Assembly (NCBI GenBank): GCA_965242965.1
Contig: OZ251518.1
Span: forward strand, 3,968,001-4,032,000
Length of the DNA stretch: 64,000 nucleotides
Direction of reading: 5' to 3'
Origin: Candidatus Poribacteria bacterium
GTDB lineage: Bacteria > Poribacteria > WGA-4E > WGA-3G
Shown piece after piece: positions 58,908 to 64,000 of the stretch (position 1 is its first letter; each line of letters opens with the position of its first letter). The translations under genes and the position numbers were made by a program. A model generated the notes under the pieces. It was given only the letters and a program-made list of their open reading frames with translations. It was not told where the DNA came from and did not search any database.

Positions 58908-58927
58908 GCTTAATTGAGGTGGCATCC

Positions 58928-59542
58928 ATGGCTTTTAGCGATTTCAAAACAATCCCCGAGGTCCTCGAAACATTTCAGATTACCTACGTCCGCCGTGACT
59001 TCGTCAAGAGTGGAGCAGTTGCCACCCCGTCGGAGCATTTTCTGCAAGACTTTGAATTTAACCAGCAATATATCGACGTTTTCGCATCCGAGGGCGCGCG
59101 ATGTGAGGCGATAATCTTTCCGGTGCTGAAGGAAGTCTATAAGGCTTATGCCAAGGACTACGCGCTCTGGATAAAGAAATCCATCGTTTGCGACGAAACC
59201 TTGAGCGGTATACCCGATTACTTCATCGCCACCCGGTCGAAACTGGGGATTCCCGTTGTCGGCAAGCCCCTGATAATGATGGTAGCGGCGAAGCAGAACG
59301 ACTTTGAGCAAGGCTGGGGGCAATGTCTCGCTGAATTGATAGCCGTGCAAAAGATGAATGACGATGCGGCTACGCCGGTGCATGGAATTGTCACCGATGG
59401 AAAGTTGTGGGAGTTCGGGCGGCTCGTCGGCGATGTCTTTACCCGAAATCGAACGAGTTTTACCTCGGATAATTTGCCGGTGCTACTCGGTGCAGTAGAT
59501 TCGGTATTTGATACCGCAACGGGAGCCGCGATTGAAGGCTAA
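58928..59542 (+). CDS. Restriction-endonuclease-fold (HsdR_N-like) hypothetical protein
   Basis: 'G.PDY.IA', 'VAAK', 'GWGQCLAEL', 'GIVTDG..WEFG'; start MAFSDFK after GAGGTGG. Confidence 0.65.
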   Translation: MAFSDFKTIPEVLETFQITYVRRDFVKSGAVATPSEHFLQDFEFNQQYIDVFASEGARCEAIIFPVLKEVYKAYAKDYALWIKKSIVCDETLSGIPDYFIATRSKLGIPVVGKPLIMMVAAKQNDFEQGWGQCLAELIAVQKMNDDAATPVHGIVTDGKLWEFGRLVGDVFTRNRTSFTSDNLPVLLGAVDSVFDTATGAAIEG

Positions 59543-59551
59543 GGTGGCGGC

Positions 59552-59935
59552 ATGACGATGGAATTCCTCTCTGAACTTGCCAAATCCATCATCGGAGCCA
59601 TTCTCTTGTTATTGGGGAGCATCCCTGTGCTGATTTGGTGGTTGGCTCCGTGTTTATTGGCATTCGTCCTTTTCCGCACGGCGATAAGAAAACGGAAAAG
59701 CGCGCAGGATTTCCGCATCGCTCCGAAGTCTGCCTCCCTGAAAAAGGGAAAGTTGTCACAGGAAGATAAACAGCAGCTTGCCGAGAAGATTCGGGAAAGC
59801 CGCACCACCAATCTGAAAAAAAGTTTCGCTGGCGAAGCCGGGTCCAAATACATGGCCTACGCCACAGTCGGGTTGATTTTGCTCACGCTACTGTTCGTTC
59901 TTGCAATGGTAGTTTTGAGATTTCATAGATACTAG
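59552..59935 (+). CDS. Small hypothetical membrane protein
   Basis: Hydrophobic N- and C-terminal segments; starts 9 bp after the upstream gene. Confidence 0.55.
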   Translation: MTMEFLSELAKSIIGAILLLLGSIPVLIWWLAPCLLAFVLFRTAIRKRKSAQDFRIAPKSASLKKGKLSQEDKQQLAEKIRESRTTNLKKSFAGEAGSKYMAYATVGLILLTLLFVLAMVVLRFHRY

Positions 59936-59988
59936 TTGAGGAAGAAATTGAGACCGGGAGGTCTCGCCTACAGCGTTCGGTTTGTAAT

Positions 59989-61353
59989 ATGTCCAATCCA
60001 CACACACAGCCGCTCGTCGGCATCGAGAACTTCAGTTGGCAGAAATGGGATGCCTGCACGCACTGCGGGCTCTGCCTCCCCACCTGTCCTACCTACCGCG
60101 AATTAGGTTTGGAGACAGATTCGCCGCGGGGTAGGTTGTATCTCATGGGCAGCGCGTTTAAGCCGGAAAATGCTACGCCGCTCAACGAAGAGTGGGCAGA
60201 ATACATCTACCGATGCTTGGATTGCCGGGCGTGCGAGACGGCTTGTCCCTCCGGCGTTCACTTCGGCGAACTGCTTGAACAGGCGCGCGCCATCTACGAA
60301 AGCAACGCAAACCGTTCCACAGGATACCGATTCTGGAATGAACTCGTCTTCAAGCGGCTGCTCCCGAACCGTGAACGGCTGGATCTCCTCTTTGAACTGA
60401 TGTGGTTATACCAACGTTTGGGCATCCGCTGGCTCGTCCAAAAAACGGGGATTCTCAAGTTAATGGGACGGCTTGGGACGATGGAATCGCTGCTGCCAAA
60501 AATTCCGCCGCCGCGACTCAAATACACGATACGTGACATCACACCTGCGGAAGGCGAAACGCGGTATCGCGTCGGATTTATACCGGGTTGCGTGATGAAC
60601 CAAGTCTTCACCGAAACGAACTTGGCAACCATTCGCGTCTTGACTCGGAACGGGTGCGAGGTAGTCACGCCGCGACAGCAGACGTGCTGCGGCGCGTTGC
60701 ATCTCCATAACGGCGCGCGGGAACTCGCCGCAACCCTCGCGAAGCAGAATATTGATGCATTCGGGGACAACCATGGAAATCCATCCGCACAGTCCCTGGA
60801 AGGACTTGACGCGATTATCATCAACGCTGCAGGCTGCGGCGCGACGCTTAAGGAATACGATGCACTCCTTGAAAACGACGCGGACTACGCGGAAAAGGCG
60901 AAGCAATTCAGCGGAAAAATGCGCGACATCAGCGAATTCTTGGCTGAAATCGAAATGGTGAAACCGACTCGCGAAATGCAACGGCGTGTCACTTACGACG
61001 AACCGTGCCATCTCTTGCATGGACAAAAGGTTGGCGCGCAACCACGCAAAGTCCTCCAAGCCATTCCGGGCATTGAGTTAGTGGAATTAACCGAAGCGGA
61101 GTGGTGTTGCGGCAGCGCGGGCATCTATAACATCACGCAGCCTGAACTCTCGCAGGAGATTCTGGAACGAAAGATGGGGCATCTCGCCGATACGAACGCG
61201 GACATCGTCGCGACCGGCAATCCGGGTTGCCTCCTCCAAATTCAGGTCGGCATCCAAAAGCACGGGTTACCGATGAAAGCGATGCATCCGGTGAATCTGT
61301 TGGATTGCGCGTATCGCGGCATCGCACCGGAGGAGTGGGAATCCGTTGGCTGA
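59989..61353 (+). CDS. glcF: Glycolate oxidase Fe-S subunit (GlcF-like, CCG domains)
   Basis: CTHCGLCLPTCPT, 'SPRGR', CLDCRACETACPSGV, 'CCGAL', 'PCHL.HGQ', 'CCGSAGIYN', 'NPGC'. Confidence 0.88.
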   Translation: MSNPHTQPLVGIENFSWQKWDACTHCGLCLPTCPTYRELGLETDSPRGRLYLMGSAFKPENATPLNEEWAEYIYRCLDCRACETACPSGVHFGELLEQARAIYESNANRSTGYRFWNELVFKRLLPNRERLDLLFELMWLYQRLGIRWLVQKTGILKLMGRLGTMESLLPKIPPPRLKYTIRDITPAEGETRYRVGFIPGCVMNQVFTETNLATIRVLTRNGCEVVTPRQQTCCGALHLHNGARELAATLAKQNIDAFGDNHGNPSAQSLEGLDAIIINAAGCGATLKEYDALLENDADYAEKAKQFSGKMRDISEFLAEIEMVKPTREMQRRVTYDEPCHLLHGQKVGAQPRKVLQAIPGIELVELTEAEWCCGSAGIYNITQPELSQEILERKMGHLADTNADIVATGNPGCLLQIQVGIQKHGLPMKAMHPVNLLDCAYRGIAPEEWESVG

Positions 61354-61357
61354 ATTC

Positions 61358-61664
61358 GGTAGGCGAGACCTCCTGCGTCTCGATGTGCCCGTAGCGCGGG
61401 GGCCCTCGGATGCCATACGCGCATCCGAGCGGGTTTCCCCCGCGAGCTCCATCGTCACGATGTGTGTTTCACCCTCTGTAGTTTGTGATCGCCTGATCAC
61501 AAACAGGTCAGGATCAGGCGATCCTGACCTACAGGGGTGAGGCGGTCTGACAGCCAAACGCATGGCGAGGGACAGGCCCTCGCCCTACGATGAAGGGACG
61601 GCGTTTTTTTCACCGCAGCGCGGGGCATGTCACCGCGACACCAAGCGATTTATGAAACCTTCTC
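61358..61664. repeat. Composite REP array with degenerate right TIR
   Basis: TATGAAACCTTCTC 61651-61664; subterminal CACCGCGAC..AGCGATTTATG is the reverse complement of the 3065 end. Confidence 0.85.
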
Positions 61665-61696
61665 AGCTAAATCCTTCTGGGTTAAAAAATAAAAAT

Positions 61697-61725
61697 TTGA
61701 CTTTTTTTGTTAAATGTGGTAAAAT
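61697..61725 (+). promoter_or_regulatory. sigma70 promoter directly abutting the dcd start codon
   Basis: TTGACT-17-TAAAAT, ATG 5 nt later, no SD. Confidence 0.65.
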
Positions 61726-61730
61726 TAATT

Positions 61731-62309
61731 ATGGTTTTGTCAGATAGGGATATTCTTCAGTATATGAAGGCGGGGAAAATCAAAATTACGCCCGCGCCGG
61801 ATTTAGAGACGCAACTCGGCAGTTGCTCAATTGACTTCAGGTTGGGCAACACGTTTCGCGTGTTTGAGCATAGCAAGTATCCCTACATCGATCTGCGCGG
61901 AGAGATTGATGTCGACGACTTGATGCGACGCGTGGACGTTCCCGATGACAATGCCTTCACGATGCAACCGGGTGAGTTCGTTCTTGCAGCAACTCGCGAG
62001 AAACTGGAGCTCGCCGATGACGTGATGGCGCGCCTCGAAGGCCGGAGCAGCCTCGGTAGACTCGGCATCATCGTGCATAGCACCGCGGGGCTCTTTGACC
62101 CGGGGTGGATAGGCATCGCGACGTTGGAGTTGGGCAACCTCGGACGCATGCCAGTCCAGTTGTATCCGGGGATGCGGATTTGTGCGTTCACATTTGAGCA
62201 GCTCTCTTCGCCTGCGAAAGTGCCCTATCAACAAAAGCCTGCAAATAAATACGCAGGCCAAAACGGCCCGGAGACAAGTCGCTTCGCGAAGGATGTTGAA
62301 TTCCGATAG
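61731..62309 (+). CDS. dcd: dCTP deaminase
   Basis: 'MVLSDRDI', 'SID.RLG', 'PGEFVLA.T.E', 'GRSSLGRLG', 'TAG.FDPG', 'TLEL.N', 'KY.GQ'. Confidence 0.95.
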   Translation: MVLSDRDILQYMKAGKIKITPAPDLETQLGSCSIDFRLGNTFRVFEHSKYPYIDLRGEIDVDDLMRRVDVPDDNAFTMQPGEFVLAATREKLELADDVMARLEGRSSLGRLGIIVHSTAGLFDPGWIGIATLELGNLGRMPVQLYPGMRICAFTFEQLSSPAKVPYQQKPANKYAGQNGPETSRFAKDVEFR

Positions 62310-62445
62310 GGAGTGGTTTGACACCGCGCATGCTGAAACGTTGGGCAATTTTATGCCTAATAATAGGGCAAATCCGACAGGCATTGCCCCGTCGGAAGCC
62401 GTTCCTTGTCAAGAGTAGCAGGCGTTGCAACTCCGTCGCTACGTT

Positions 62446-62461
62446 TGGCACGTATTTTGCA
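62446..62461 (+). promoter_or_regulatory. sigma54 (-24/-12) promoter of glnA
   Basis: TGGCAC-GTATT-TTGCA fits TGGCAC-N5-TTGCW exactly, about 150 bp upstream of glnA. Confidence 0.8.
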
Positions 62462-62612
62462 ATTTTTAATTTGGTATAGGACTTACGCAGCAGGAATGCG
62501 GATTCCAGCATTTGCGTTAGTCCTGTCGGTTTGGTAACGTGTTCGTCAAATGAAATGAGTTGCGCATTCAGTGACGAATCTATTATGTGTTGATAATTAG
62601 GAGGAAATGCGA

Positions 62613-64000
62613 ATGGCAATGACACCAAGTGAGGTGGTCGCACTCGCAAAAGAGAACGATATAAAAATCGTCGACCTCAAATTCATGGATCTCCCCGGCA
62701 TGTGGCAGCATTTAACGATTTTGCCCGGCGAGGTGGACGAATCCTTGTTTGAGGATGGGATTGGCTTTGACGGGTCGAGTATCCGTGGCTTCCAAGCCAT
62801 TAACGAAAGCGATATGCTGCTCTTCCCAGACCCGGCGACAGCGATGATCGACCCGGTTTGCAAGGTGCCGACGCTGAGCATCACGTGTAATATCAAAGAC
62901 CCGATTACGTTGGAGAATTACACGCGCGATGTGCGGCATATCGCACAGAAGGCCGAGGCATACCTGCAGTCCACCGGGATTGCGGATATCAGTTACTGGG
63001 GTCCTGAGGCGGAGTTCTATCTGCTCGATGATCTTCGCTATGGGCAAAACCAGCATTCGGGTTATTACTTCGTTGACTCCATCGAAGGGAGTTGGAACTC
63101 CGGCCGCGAAGAGAATCCGAACCTCGCCTATAAGCCGCGCTATAAAGAGGGTTACTTCCCCGTGCCGCCATCGGATACTTATCAGGACCTCCGTTCTGAG
63201 ATGTGTCTTAAGCTCATCGATGCTGGCATTGAAGTCGAAATGCATCACCATGAAGTCGGCACAGCTGGCCAAGGTGAGATCGACATCCGATTCGACACGA
63301 TGACCCGGGTCGGCGACAAAATTGCGTTGTATAAGTATATCATCAAGAACGTCGCCCGCGCTAACAACCTGATTGCCACGTTCATGCCGAAGCCGCTGTT
63401 CCAAGACAACGGTTCGGGGATGCACGTGCATCAAAGTCTGTGGAAGAACGGGAAGAACCTCTTCTACGATCCGCAGGGGTATTCACTGCTGAGCGATGAC
63501 GCGCTTTACTACATCGGCGGCTTGCTCACGCATGCCCGTTCGCTTTGTGCTATCATCGCGCCGACTACCAACTCCTACAAACGATTGGTACCGGGGTATG
63601 AAGCACCCGTGAACATCGCCTACTCGCAAAGGAACCGGAGCGCGTGTGTGCGCATCCCCGTCTACTCCAAGAGCGAAAAGGGGAAACGGATTGAGTTCCG
63701 CACGCCGGACCCGTCTTGCAACCCGTATCTCGCATTCAGCGCATTGCTGATGGCGGGCCTTGACGGCATCCAAAACCGCATCCATCCGGGGGACCCGCTC
63801 GACAAGGATCTCTATGATCTGGAACCGGAAGAACTCGCCGACATTGAGTCCACACCCATGTCTCTCGGCGATTCCCTCGATGCGTTAGAGGATGACCACG
63901 AGTATCTCCTCAAGGGCGATGTATTCACGCAAGATGTCATTGATGTCTGGATCGATTACAAGCGTGAGAATGAGGTCGATGCTGTGAACATGCGGCCGCA
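62613..64000 (+). CDS. glnA: Glutamine synthetase type I (3' truncated; missing from the ORF track)
   Basis: Manual translation: [76 protein letters not shown]; RBS AGGAGG. Confidence 0.97.
   Translation, partial: MAMTPSEVVALAKENDIKIVDLKFMDLPGMWQHLTILPGEVDESLFEDGIGFDGSSIRGFQAINESDMLLFPDPATAMIDPVCKVPTLSITCNIKDPITLENYTRDVRHIAQKAEAYLQSTGIADISYWGPEAEFYLLDDLRYGQNQHSGYYFVDSIEGSWNSGREENPNLAYKPRYKEGYFPVPPSDTYQDLRSEMCLKLIDAGIEVEMHHHEVGTAGQGEIDIRFDTMTRVGDKIALYKYIIKNVARANNLIATFMPKPLFQDNGSGMHVHQSLWKNGKNLFYDPQGYSLLSDDALYYIGGLLTHARSLCAIIAPTTNSYKRLVPGYEAPVNIAYSQRNRSACVRIPVYSKSEKGKRIEFRTPDPSCNPYLAFSALLMAGLDGIQNRIHPGDPLDKDLYDLEPEELADIESTPMSLGDSLDALEDDHEYLLKGDVFTQDVIDVWIDYKRENEVDAVNMRP

Noticed and set aside
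3316-61747. Many short ORFs containing MARDRPSPYG, RRARACPSP, HRDREVSPT or GPVPR
   Set aside because: They are translations of REP modules and appear in all frames
62712-63785. Minus-strand ORFs 62712..63434 and 63483..63785
   Set aside because: Antisense shadows of glnA
1-64000. DGR reverse transcriptase, Avd, template repeat, RAYT or DDE transposase within the window
   Set aside because: No ORF with the relevant motifs and no non-coding AAC-rich copy of the VR found by eye
1-64000. tRNA, rRNA or prophage
   Set aside because: No cloverleaf or rRNA-like sequence and no phage structural genes recognised by eye

Overview
Bacterial chromosomal DNA of moderately high GC. Gene content (sulfatase, PhyH dioxygenase, many TPR/secreted proteins, C-terminal 'VEPxGKLTTxW' proteins) suggests Candidatus Poribacteria or a relative; this is inference, with no marker gene here to prove it. 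Housekeeping and metabolic genes are aapJQMP, a Met gamma-lyase, ogt, an RspA/ManD-type enolase, murB, def, larE, glcF, dcd and glnA (with a sigma54 promoter), interspersed with accessory genes. Two things stand out. (1) Three secreted caspase(C14)-PEGA-(FGE/CLec)x2-3 genes at 30.4-43.2 kb carry seven lectin-fold domains, each ending in a ~120-bp region that varies almost only where an A-rich (AAC/AAT/ACG) template would have adenines. This is the diversity-generating retroelement (DGR) signature, yet no reverse transcriptase or template repeat is visible in the window, and four of the seven variable regions are internal to the genes. (2) About 20 intergenic mosaics (roughly 9 kb by hand tally) are built from several GTAG-headed REP-like hairpin families. 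They are often capped by a 14-bp terminal inverted repeat (GAGGGTGTTTCATA) with 7-8 bp target duplications, or bracketed by 17-25 bp duplications of host sequence. Also present are scattered defence-type genes (type IIG-like R-M, triple Mrr_N, two ATPases), a candidate C-terminal sorting signal on four adjacent secreted proteins, and several apparently leaderless genes. All alignments were done by eye; no database searches were run.
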